Of a DNA stretch of 53,703 bases, positions 43,454 through 51,799 are shown piece by piece. Positions within the stretch are counted from its first letter, which is position 1. Every line of letters begins with the position of its first letter. Source of the stretch: Candidatus Magasanikbacteria bacterium RIFOXYC2_FULL_42_28 (GTDB lineage Bacteria; Patescibacteriota; Patescibacteriia; Magasanikbacterales; GWA2-37-8); the NCBI GenBank assembly GCA_001784435.1, contig MFQZ01000004.1, positions 1 to 53,703 of the forward strand, written 5' to 3'. Below the pieces are notes generated by a model that did not search any database, was not told where the DNA came from, and worked only from the letters and a program-made list of their open reading frames with translations. A program made the position numbers and the translations under genes.

Positions 43454-45181
43454 TCACCTTTCTTTTTCCAATCCATAGTATTTTATCGCAAAATCCATAA
43501 TGCGTTTAAATGCGACGGTCGCGGTTGACTCGGCCCAAGGTACGTTGGGTTTTTCGTATTTAACCACCACGACAATTTTTGGATTGCCAGCCGGGCCAAA
43601 GCCGGCAAAAGTGTGATTGGTTTCGTTTGAGTATCCACCCTTTTCCGCGATTTGGGCGGTGCCGGTTTTGCCGGCGATAAAATATCCGGGGATGCGCGCG
43701 CCACGACTATGGCCGTTTTCGGCAACTGACACTAACATGCCGGTTACTAGTTTAGCCGTGCGCGCCGAGATCACCGCCTCGACAATTTCGGGCTGGGTTT
43801 TCTCCACTCGACCGTCCGAGTATCTTATTTCCGAGACCAAGTATGGTTTCGGCAGACGGCCTTCATTGGCCAAAGCCGAATACGCGGCAGCGAATTGCAA
43901 GGGCGTAGCGGTGAATCCTTGCCCGAACGAGGCGTTGGCGCCATATATTTCCCCGGTTTTATCCAACGATGAAATATCGCCAGCCATTTCCGTGGCCGCG
44001 CTAATACCGGTTTTTTGTCCTAGTCCGAATTTTTTAGCATAACTTGAAAAACGTTCGCGTCCCAAAATTTCTTCTAAATGGATCATGGCCAAATTAACTG
44101 ACTGTTCCAATGCCTCGGTCATGGTAATGGTGTGGTAGCATTTGCCTTCGGCGTTTTTTATTTTATGGCCATTAATTATTCGTTCGCATGGGTCTGTGAA
44201 AGTCGTACCGGGACTGATTAAATTTTGATCAATGGCCATGGCGACAGTCAGTGGTTTCATTACTGAACCGGGCTCATAAGCGGTAAAAATAGCGGTGTTA
44301 TTAAAAGCGCGCGCCTCCTCAACTTTGGAATAATTGTTGGGGTCAAAAGAGGGGAAACTGCACATTGCCAAAATCGCGCCGGTTTTTGGATTTATCATTA
44401 CGAGCGCCGCGCTTTCGGTCTCAAATTTTTTGTAGCCCTCATAAAGTGCCGCGCAGGCCTCGGTTTCAAGCGCGCGGTCAATTGTTAAGACCACATCCGC
44501 TCCCGCTTCCGCCGGTTTTAAAGTTTTTCCGGCCAAAGAAATCAAAGAACCAAGGGCGCTTCTTTCGCCCATAATAAATCCTTCACTGCCGGCCAAAGTT
44601 TCGTTCAAAAATCCTTCCACACCATAATTGCCCACGCGTCTTTGCTCTACCGGTCGCACAAATCCTAAAATATTTCCACCCAAATCATTTTCCGGATAAT
44701 AGCGCCAATCTTCCGGGGTGGCGTAGATGCCGGGTAAGTTGGCGGTTTGAATTTCATCTTTTATGTCAGCGGTAATTTTTTTAGCAATCGGTTCATAGGG
44801 GTCACCGGCTTTGCTTAATTTATTCTGAATCTCGATAATTTTATCTTTGTCGGTAATATCTAAAAAATTGGTAATGGCTTTGGTAGTACTGACAATGTCG
44901 CCTTTATCAATTTCGTTCGGCACGGCGTAAATTTGCCAGTATTGGCGGTTTACGGCTGCCAGGTAGGTCTCACCGGTGCGACTGTCGCTCCAAAATATTT
45001 TTCCGCGTTCCGGATATAATTCGCGGTATATTTCGCGAGTGGACAGAGCGAAGGTTGAATAAAAATTGTGTTCAAGCACCTGTAAGACAAAAAGTTTGGT
45101 GATAATAATCAGGCCGACAATTAAAATCGCCGCGCCGAGCGTAGTAATCCGTTTATCTAAATTATCGGCAGTGGTAAGCAT
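43454..45181 (-). CDS. Class B penicillin-binding protein (FtsI/PBP2-type)
   Basis: PERGKI, RYYP, YEPGSVMK (SxxK), SVN, SFGQG, AGKTGTAQ. Confidence 0.95.
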   Translation of the reverse strand: MLTTADNLDKRITTLGAAILIVGLIIITKLFVLQVLEHNFYSTFALSTREIYRELYPERGKIFWSDSRTGETYLAAVNRQYWQIYAVPNEIDKGDIVSTTKAITNFLDITDKDKIIEIQNKLSKAGDPYEPIAKKITADIKDEIQTANLPGIYATPEDWRYYPENDLGGNILGFVRPVEQRRVGNYGVEGFLNETLAGSEGFIMGERSALGSLISLAGKTLKPAEAGADVVLTIDRALETEACAALYEGYKKFETESAALVMINPKTGAILAMCSFPSFDPNNYSKVEEARAFNNTAIFTAYEPGSVMKPLTVAMAIDQNLISPGTTFTDPCERIINGHKIKNAEGKCYHTITMTEALEQSVNLAMIHLEEILGRERFSSYAKKFGLGQKTGISAATEMAGDISSLDKTGEIYGANASFGQGFTATPLQFAAAYSALANEGRLPKPYLVSEIRYSDGRVEKTQPEIVEAVISARTAKLVTGMLVSVAENGHSRGARIPGYFIAGKTGTAQIAEKGGYSNETNHTFAGFGPAGNPKIVVVVKYEKPNVPWAESTATVAFKRIMDFAIKYYGLEKER

Positions 45182-45207
45182 TGAAAAATTTAATTTTAAA
45201 TAACCCC

Positions 45208-46254
45208 TTAATCATTAGCAACTTTGTTTGACAACTGTCCGCACGCCGCCGCGATTCTTTGCCCCTGTGAGCGACGAATAGTAACGGTAAAATCTTTTTT
45301 CATTAACTCTTCACGCCAATGTTCAATTACCTCCATGGCACTACCGAGCATATTGGGGTCGGTGGAGTTGTAGGGGATTAAATTAATGCGGGTTTTGCCC
45401 AACTTGGAAGCTAATTTTACCAGCGCCTTCAAATGTTTATCATCATCATTGGCGTCTTTGATAAAAGTATATTCAATACCGACAAATTTAGTGCGCGCGC
45501 TAAAACGTTCATGATAAAGTTTGGCCCATTCTGGCAACCATTCCAAAAATCCCGGAGCGTGTGATGGCACTAATTTTTGTCTGGTTTCGGTGATGGCGCT
45601 ATGAAGTGAAAGGGCGAAACGCACCGCTGGCCAATCCGGATCAGTGACGATTTTTTCCATGCCGGCCTTTACCCCGACCGTGGACACGGTAATTTGACGC
45701 GGGCCCAGTTCGGTGTTTTTTAGAATTGCGTTAATTGTCAGTTTGACATTTTCATAATTTAACATCGGTTCGCCTTGACCCATAAAAACAATGTTGTCTA
45801 TTTTTCCCTCTAGATGGTCAGCAATAAAATAATTCCAAAAACGGTATTGATCTAAAATTTCCCGCCAAGTTAAATTACGTTTTAGTCCGAGCCGGCCAGT
45901 GGCACAAAAAGTGCATTTCATTGGACAGCCAACTTGCGATGACACGCAAATAGTGTAGCGAACCTCTCCCGGTCGGCCGGTAATTTTTTTATTGACGCGC
46001 CCCATCAAAACCGTTTCCACGGTCGCGCCATCTTTTAAAGTTAATAAAGTTTTAAAAGTTAAATCGCCCTTATCTTCTTTAATGCCGGTGGGAAACACGG
46101 TCATGAAATCCACGGTTTTTAATTGCTCACGCAAATTTTGAGGCAAGGTACTGATGCTGTCAAAAGAACGGATGCTTGTCTCAAACCAAGCGGACACTAT
46201 TTGTTGAAAACGATAGCGAGGCAAATTGGCGGTGATTTTTCCAAGTTCGTCCAT
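45208..46254 (-). CDS. rlmN: Dual-specificity RNA methyltransferase RlmN (radical SAM)
   Basis: CVSSQVGCPMKCTFCATG, VFMGQGEP, STVG, SLHS, NLIPYN, IAAACGQL. Confidence 0.96.
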   Translation of the reverse strand: MDELGKITANLPRYRFQQIVSAWFETSIRSFDSISTLPQNLREQLKTVDFMTVFPTGIKEDKGDLTFKTLLTLKDGATVETVLMGRVNKKITGRPGEVRYTICVSSQVGCPMKCTFCATGRLGLKRNLTWREILDQYRFWNYFIADHLEGKIDNIVFMGQGEPMLNYENVKLTINAILKNTELGPRQITVSTVGVKAGMEKIVTDPDWPAVRFALSLHSAITETRQKLVPSHAPGFLEWLPEWAKLYHERFSARTKFVGIEYTFIKDANDDDKHLKALVKLASKLGKTRINLIPYNSTDPNMLGSAMEVIEHWREELMKKDFTVTIRRSQGQRIAAACGQLSNKVAND

Positions 46255-46270
46255 AGTATTATTTATGGTT

Positions 46271-46624
46271 TTATACAGAATATTCTTTGCTCTCTCTGAC
46301 GGCTTGTTTATCTTTTTTTGCTTTTGTTTCGGTTTTGGCTTTGTGTTTTTTTAATTCGCTTTCCAAATAATCGCGCACTTTATCAATCGCTTTATACAGA
46401 GTGTCCTCGGTTTTTTTAGCAAATAAATCTTTGCCCGGGATTTCCAATTTACATTCACAAATAAAAATGTCGCCTTTTTGGTGGTGGTGTGATTCTACGC
46501 CCACTTCCACGGTAGCGCGGATAATTCGACTATAAAATTTTTCCAACCCCGAAATTTTTTTCTCCGCGTAGTCCTTGATTGCGTCGGTTAATTCCATTCC
46601 TCGGCCGGTAATTTGTATTTGCAT
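46271..46624 (-). CDS. hpf: Ribosome hibernation promoting factor (probable start MQIQITG)
   Basis: IQITGRGMELTDAIKDYAEKK..LYKAID..ELKKHK. Confidence 0.92.
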   Translation of the reverse strand: MQIQITGRGMELTDAIKDYAEKKISGLEKFYSRIIRATVEVGVESHHHQKGDIFICECKLEIPGKDLFAKKTEDTLYKAIDKVRDYLESELKKHKAKTETKAKKDKQAVRESKEYSV

Positions 46625-46651
46625 AAGTTCTATAATAATTAATAAATTTTT

Positions 46652-46679
46652 CACCCTACGGGTGACCACCCGTAGGGTG
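46652..46679. terminator. GC-rich hairpin between murB and hpf
   Basis: caccctacgggtg / cacccgtagggtg inverted repeat. Confidence 0.5.
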
Positions 46680-46692
46680 GGATTTTTACATT

Positions 46693-47637
46693 TTAATTTT
46701 TTACTATCTCCACCTCTGGCTCTAAATTGATCCCGAATCTATTATACACCTCGGTCTGGGCTTTTTCCATGACCGCGAGTACATCGGCCTGGGTGGCGTT
46801 GTTAAAATTAATTAAAAAGTTGCCGTGTTCGTCCGAAATTTTTGCGCCCCCGACAGTGTAACTCGTTAATTTACATTGTTCAATTAGCCAGCCGGTGGGG
46901 ATTTTTTTGCGTTCAATAAAGAGGGGAGGCAAATCTTTTAAATCACCTTTCCATTTATCTAAATCATTATTTTTGAAAAAACTGCCGGCCGAAGGAAAGC
47001 TCGGGTAGCGACCGGTGCGTTGTTTTAAATAAGTTTGCATGGCGGTCGTAATTTTGACGCGTTCACCAGGCGTCAGTTGGTAAATAGCCGATAACACCAA
47101 AGCGCCATTGGTTTTGAAATCACTGGTGCGATAGGCGAATCCACATTCATCCGGTTTCCAATCGCGTACCTCGCTATTTTGCCAAGCGCGCACGCTTACT
47201 AGTACATGCCAAGTATCCTGTCCCATGGCGCCGGCATTGCCGCGCACCGCCCCGCCGACACTCCCGGGTACGCCGATGCCCCACTCCATGCCGGTAAAAG
47301 TATTTCGCAGAGCGAGTGCCACGACCGCGGCCAACTGCGCGCCCGCCTCGGCAAAAATTTGATTATCAGGCAGTAATTCCACTTTGGTAGTTTTTACCTG
47401 TATTACCACTTTGTCTAACCCTGCGTCTGGCAATAATAAATTAGATCCGCCGGCCAAAATAAAATAATCCTCACCCGCGCCGGTGAGATAAGTGAGTAAT
47501 TCGCCTAATTTTTCCGAGTCAGTAACTTCCACCAGGTATTTTGCCGGTCCGCCGATTTTAAAAGTCGTGAATTTACCGAGCGGAATATTGGTTTTAGCGT
47601 GGCCGAAGTTCTGGAGTTTTTTATAAAGTTCGTCCAT
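46693..47637 (-). CDS. murB: UDP-N-acetylenolpyruvoylglucosamine reductase
   Basis: TTFKIGGPA, LAGGSNLL, GVPGSVGGAVRGNAGA, PSAGSFFKN, ISDEHGNF, LEPEV. Confidence 0.97.
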   Translation of the reverse strand: MDELYKKLQNFGHAKTNIPLGKFTTFKIGGPAKYLVEVTDSEKLGELLTYLTGAGEDYFILAGGSNLLLPDAGLDKVVIQVKTTKVELLPDNQIFAEAGAQLAAVVALALRNTFTGMEWGIGVPGSVGGAVRGNAGAMGQDTWHVLVSVRAWQNSEVRDWKPDECGFAYRTSDFKTNGALVLSAIYQLTPGERVKITTAMQTYLKQRTGRYPSFPSAGSFFKNNDLDKWKGDLKDLPPLFIERKKIPTGWLIEQCKLTSYTVGGAKISDEHGNFLINFNNATQADVLAVMEKAQTEVYNRFGINLEPEVEIVKN

Positions 47638-47639
47638 AA

Positions 47640-47761
47640 GTTGATTGAATTTTCAATTATCAATTTACAATTTTCAGTAAATTTTCAATTAAACAAAATT
47701 TTCAAACGATAATTGAAAATTGGTAATTGAATGAAAATTGATCATTGAAAATTGTAAATTT
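47640..47761 (-). repeat. Heptamer-periodic (caatttt-type) inverted-repeat element; half copy at 17076..17112
   Basis: aattttcaattatcaatttacaattttca is identical at about 17077 and 47648. Confidence 0.8.
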
Positions 47762-47816
47762 AGCGTTAGGTCGTACTTCTTGCTATTTAGCCGATAATTT
47801 TGTATAATATTGCGGT

Positions 47817-49076
47817 ATGTTATCAGATATTGATAGAAAATCAATTGTTTATGTTGCGCGCGATTTAGAGCGGGCTTTAGGTTTGTCGCTCAATACCTCT
47901 AACTACTATATTATCTCAAATTTTTCGGCTTTTGGGAAGAGGCCGGTCGGGGGGCGAAAAAACGTGTTATTAATTAAATCTAAGGGCATTTTGGACACGC
48001 GCGAGTTGTTAAATCGTCCGGAGGCCAAGCGTTTTATAAACCATTTAAAAAATCCTCAAATTTTAGTTTTTAAACCCACTATTGCAATCGAAAAAATTTG
48101 CGCCGATAACGGCTGGAATTTATTAAATCCATCCGCCAAATTAGCCGCGCGCGTGGAAGAAAAAATAACGCAGGTAGAGTGGCTCGGACCGTTGGCCAAA
48201 AAATTATTACCCCCGTTTGAAATTAAAGAATGCGGGAAAATAAAATGGAATGAAAAAAAATTCATCTTACAATTTAATTTCGCCCATACCGGCCAAGGCA
48301 CAGTTTTGGTGGAATCAGAAAAACAGTTAGACGAAATTAAGAAAAAATTCCCCAATCGTCCAGCGCGCGTAACTAAATATATAGAAGGTCCGATGTTTAC
48401 GAACAATAATGTTGTTTGGGGTAAAAAAGTTTTATTCGGCAATATTAATTATCAAATTACCGGCCTAAAACCGTTTACTAATAATCCATTTGCGACTATT
48501 GGTAACGATTGGGCCTTGCCCCATAAAATTTTAACCAGTGCGCAAAAAAAACAATATGAAAAAATCGCGCAAGCAGTAGGGGAGAGATTGGCGAAAAGTG
48601 GCTGGAAAGGCCTATTTGGAATAGATGTTATAATGGAAGAGAAAACCGGCAAATTATATTTAATAGAAATAAATGCTCGTCAACCCGCCAGCACCACCTA
48701 CGAATCACAGCTCCAATTTAACTGTCATTCCGAGCGAGGTTCGCACCGACGAGGAATCTCTATCCCAAACAATCAATCACTCACCACCTTCGCCACTCAC
48801 CTTCTCGCTCTATCTGGCGCAAAATATCAAGGCCAAAAATTAATTAAAATAAAAACCGGCGCGCAAATCGTGCAAAAGGTTGGAGCGGGTATGAAAAATT
48901 TGTCTAAAAAAGAAATCAAAGAAATTGAAAAGCACGAATTTAAAATTTTAGAATATAACAATACTAAACCAGAATCAGACAAACTACGTTTTCAAATCGG
49001 CGGGAGTTTAATGAAAAAACATAATCAGTTTAATGAAGTGGGTAATTTTTTGGCTGGTTTTCTTGGTAAGTTTTGA
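47817..49076 (+). CDS. ATP-grasp domain protein
   Basis: FILQFNFAHTGQGT, KYIEG, GWKGLFGIDVI, LYLIEINAR. Confidence 0.85.
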   Translation: MLSDIDRKSIVYVARDLERALGLSLNTSNYYIISNFSAFGKRPVGGRKNVLLIKSKGILDTRELLNRPEAKRFINHLKNPQILVFKPTIAIEKICADNGWNLLNPSAKLAARVEEKITQVEWLGPLAKKLLPPFEIKECGKIKWNEKKFILQFNFAHTGQGTVLVESEKQLDEIKKKFPNRPARVTKYIEGPMFTNNNVVWGKKVLFGNINYQITGLKPFTNNPFATIGNDWALPHKILTSAQKKQYEKIAQAVGERLAKSGWKGLFGIDVIMEEKTGKLYLIEINARQPASTTYESQLQFNCHSERGSHRRGISIPNNQSLTTFATHLLALSGAKYQGQKLIKIKTGAQIVQKVGAGMKNLSKKEIKEIEKHEFKILEYNNTKPESDKLRFQIGGSLMKKHNQFNEVGNFLAGFLGKF

Positions 49077-49131
49077 TTTTTGAGATTAATTTGGAAATTG
49101 GGAATTTGGATTTTGAAATTTTTTTATAATT

Positions 49132-49905
49132 ATGCTCTCTAAAAACGCTCAAAAAATCCTAAACGAATATTTTAATTTGCCATTTGTGGGCGTCGCGAGT
49201 GTGCGTGCGCCATATTTTAATAATGCCAGGCATCGTAAGCGTGGCGAATTGCGCGTTTTAATTGGCAAAGGCACGGCTACGGAAATTGTGGAAGAAGCCA
49301 AAATAATTTCTTTGCAATATTACGCTGGTTTATTTGACCACGCCGGCAATTGCGCGGCCGGGGCAGAGGTAATTCGCAAATTCCTAATTGACAACGACCT
49401 CGGCATCGAATGTTCCGGTTTTGTCACGCAAATTTTACGCGCGCATTTCTTAGAAACAAAAAATATTGACATCGCCAAAAAATTTCATAAATCATCGTTG
49501 AAACAATTAGTCCGTTTCCTAATTTCCAAATTGCGTCCGGTGGAAAATATTTCCGTACGCGTGTGGGCGGATGATCACAATACGCAAAAATTAGCAGATT
49601 GGAAAGAGGCGCAAGCCGGCGATGTTATCGTAATTTTAGAAAAACAATTACCAGCCGTGCGTAACCACATCATTTTGATTACGGAAAATTCTGGCGATGT
49701 GATAAAATATGCTCACGCTCGCGCTTGGGAGGCCGAGGGTCGTTATAACCACGGCGTGGCAGTTGGGGAAATAAAAATAATCGCTCCGGGAAAAGGGATT
49801 TTAGAGCAGGAATGGACGGAATTAGGCCAAACTGGCGAGAAAAATGAAACTTGGACCGAAGCCAAGACGGCACGGGTGGTGGAAGTGAGGCGAGTGCGAT
49901 TGTAA
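49132..49905 (+). CDS. Hypothetical protein with NlpC/P60-like motif
   Basis: LGIECSGFV and downstream NHIILI resemble the Cys/His of the NlpC/P60 fold. Confidence 0.6.
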   Translation: MLSKNAQKILNEYFNLPFVGVASVRAPYFNNARHRKRGELRVLIGKGTATEIVEEAKIISLQYYAGLFDHAGNCAAGAEVIRKFLIDNDLGIECSGFVTQILRAHFLETKNIDIAKKFHKSSLKQLVRFLISKLRPVENISVRVWADDHNTQKLADWKEAQAGDVIVILEKQLPAVRNHIILITENSGDVIKYAHARAWEAEGRYNHGVAVGEIKIIAPGKGILEQEWTELGQTGEKNETWTEAKTARVVEVRRVRL

Positions 49906-49906
49906 A

Positions 49907-50016
49907 ATATCAAATTTCCAATTTCCAATGCCAAACCAATGTCAAAGCTCGAATGTCAAATTTGTTATTGGAAATTTGGATTTGATTTGACATTGGAAAT
50001 TTGGATTTTGTAATTA
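49907..50016 (+). repeat. Heptamer-periodic inverted-repeat element (half copy at 49074..49122)
   Basis: Same family. Ends 9 nt before ATG 50025. Confidence 0.85.
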
Positions 50017-50024
50017 TTAATAGT

Positions 50025-50528
50025 ATGTTTTTTCTCTATCTTATCCTAATAATCTTTTTCGCCATCCCCGCCTTTGTCTTCGTCCTATCCGTCTTCATCG
50101 GCATCCCGTGCATGCCCACGCATAAAAAACAAACTGAAACCATGATGGATATCGCCGGTATCGGCCCAGGCAAAAAAGTGGTGGATTTGGGCTCCGGCCA
50201 CGGGCGATTGGTAATCGCCGCCGCGAAACGAGGCGCGACAGTGGTTGGCTACGAACTAAATCCGTTCTTGGTTTTGTTAAGCAAATATTTAATTTGGCGC
50301 ACGGGTTTGAGTAGTCGCGCCAAAATTTATTGGCGTTCATTTTACAAAGCCGACGTGTCGCAAGCCGACATCGTCACCTGTTTTTTATTTATCAAACCGA
50401 TGTTAAAATTGCGCGATACTGTGTTTAAAAATTTAAAACCGGGCGTGACCATTGCCGCGTATGTGTTTCATATTCCAGGTTGGGAGCCGGTTTTGAAAAA
50501 AGAGGGGATTTGGGTGTATAAGGTTTAA
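50025..50528 (+). CDS. Membrane-anchored class I SAM-dependent methyltransferase
   Basis: N-terminal TM, VVDLGSGHGRLV, GYELNP, ADIVTCFL. Confidence 0.88.
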   Translation: MFFLYLILIIFFAIPAFVFVLSVFIGIPCMPTHKKQTETMMDIAGIGPGKKVVDLGSGHGRLVIAAAKRGATVVGYELNPFLVLLSKYLIWRTGLSSRAKIYWRSFYKADVSQADIVTCFLFIKPMLKLRDTVFKNLKPGVTIAAYVFHIPGWEPVLKKEGIWVYKV

Positions 50529-50549
50529 TTAAAAAATAACCAAACAAAT

Positions 50550-51653
50550 ATGAAAAAAATTATCGTTCGTAATCTAACCCAAAATTATCCGATTTATATT
50601 GGGCAAAATTTGGGTAGTCAATTGACGGCGGTTGTTAAAAGATTAACTGTCCGAGGCGGTCAAGTGGTGGTGATAATGGATAATCAGGTGCAAAGATTGT
50701 TTGGCCAAAAAATTAAAAATGTTCTAAGTTCAGTTAAACCATTATTTTTAACTTTTGCAGGTGGTGAAAAAAATAAAAATCAAACTACTGTTACTCGTTT
50801 GCAAAACGAATTATTGCGTCGCCAGTTAGGGCGTGACACGGTAATTGTGGCCGTGGGCGGGGGAGTGGTCGGCGATTTGGCCGGGTTTGTGGCCGCCACT
50901 TATTTGCGCGGCGTTCGCTATGTTCAAGTTCCTACCACGTTGCTTGCGATGGTGGATAGTTCTATTGGTGGTAAAGTCGGGATTGATACGCCTTATGGTA
51001 AAAATACTATTGGCTCATTTTACCCTCCGCAAGCGGTGATAATGGATTTGGATTTTTTGGTTGGTTTGCCTCGTCCGGAATTAGTCAATGGTTTAATGGA
51101 AGCCATCAAGACGTTTTTGACCAGTGATAAAAGAAGTTTAAGTTTATTGTCTAAATTAAATTTTGATAATGTCAAAAATAGCAGTGTCGCTTGGCAACAA
51201 ATTATTTCTCGTTCGGCGCAAATTAAATCCGCGATAGTCGCCAATGATGAGAAAGAAGGCGGTGAACGTAAAATAATAAATTTTGGTCATACTATCGGCC
51301 ATGTCTTGGAATTGCTTTCTAACTTTAAAATTCGTCACGGTTTAGCTGTTGGCTATGGTATATTAGCTGAAATGGAAATGGCTCATTTGCTTAAAATTTT
51401 AAGCAAAAAGGACTTGGAGTTGGCCATTAAATCATTAAAAATTGGTGGGTTAGATGTTGTTAATTCGCCATTTAATAAATTTAGTGCCAAGGCCATTGTC
51501 AATGCCACTAAGTATGACAAGAAAAAAGAAGGGGGCGTGCCATGTTATGTTTTATTAAAAACGATTGGCAAAGTTTTAGTAAAAAATGGGCGTTACGCTC
51601 ATCCGGTGCCGTCAAAAATTATTATGGAAGCATTAAAAATAGTCGGTTGCTAG
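50550..51653 (+). CDS. aroB: 3-dehydroquinate synthase
   Basis: GGEKNK, AVGGGVVGDLAGFVAATYLRG, VPTTLLAMVDSSIGGKVG, NFGHTIGH, RHGLAV. Confidence 0.95.
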   Translation: MKKIIVRNLTQNYPIYIGQNLGSQLTAVVKRLTVRGGQVVVIMDNQVQRLFGQKIKNVLSSVKPLFLTFAGGEKNKNQTTVTRLQNELLRRQLGRDTVIVAVGGGVVGDLAGFVAATYLRGVRYVQVPTTLLAMVDSSIGGKVGIDTPYGKNTIGSFYPPQAVIMDLDFLVGLPRPELVNGLMEAIKTFLTSDKRSLSLLSKLNFDNVKNSSVAWQQIISRSAQIKSAIVANDEKEGGERKIINFGHTIGHVLELLSNFKIRHGLAVGYGILAEMEMAHLLKILSKKDLELAIKSLKIGGLDVVNSPFNKFSAKAIVNATKYDKKKEGGVPCYVLLKTIGKVLVKNGRYAHPVPSKIIMEALKIVGC

Positions 51654-51724
51654 TGTATCGTGATTTAAATTTGATTGACTTTTTTACCCTTTTTTGGTAT
51701 TTTAAATGCGCTATATATATGTAT

Positions 51725-51799
51725 GGCCTCATCGTCTAACGGCTAGGACAGAGCCTTCTCAAGGCTTAAATCGGGGTTCGATTCCCCGTGGGGCTACCA
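51725..51799 (+). tRNA. tRNA-Glu (CUC)
   Basis: ggcctca/tggggct acceptor stem, anticodon arm gagcc-ttCTCaa-ggctt, T-arm cgggg-ttcgatt-ccccg, CCA encoded. Confidence 0.95.
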
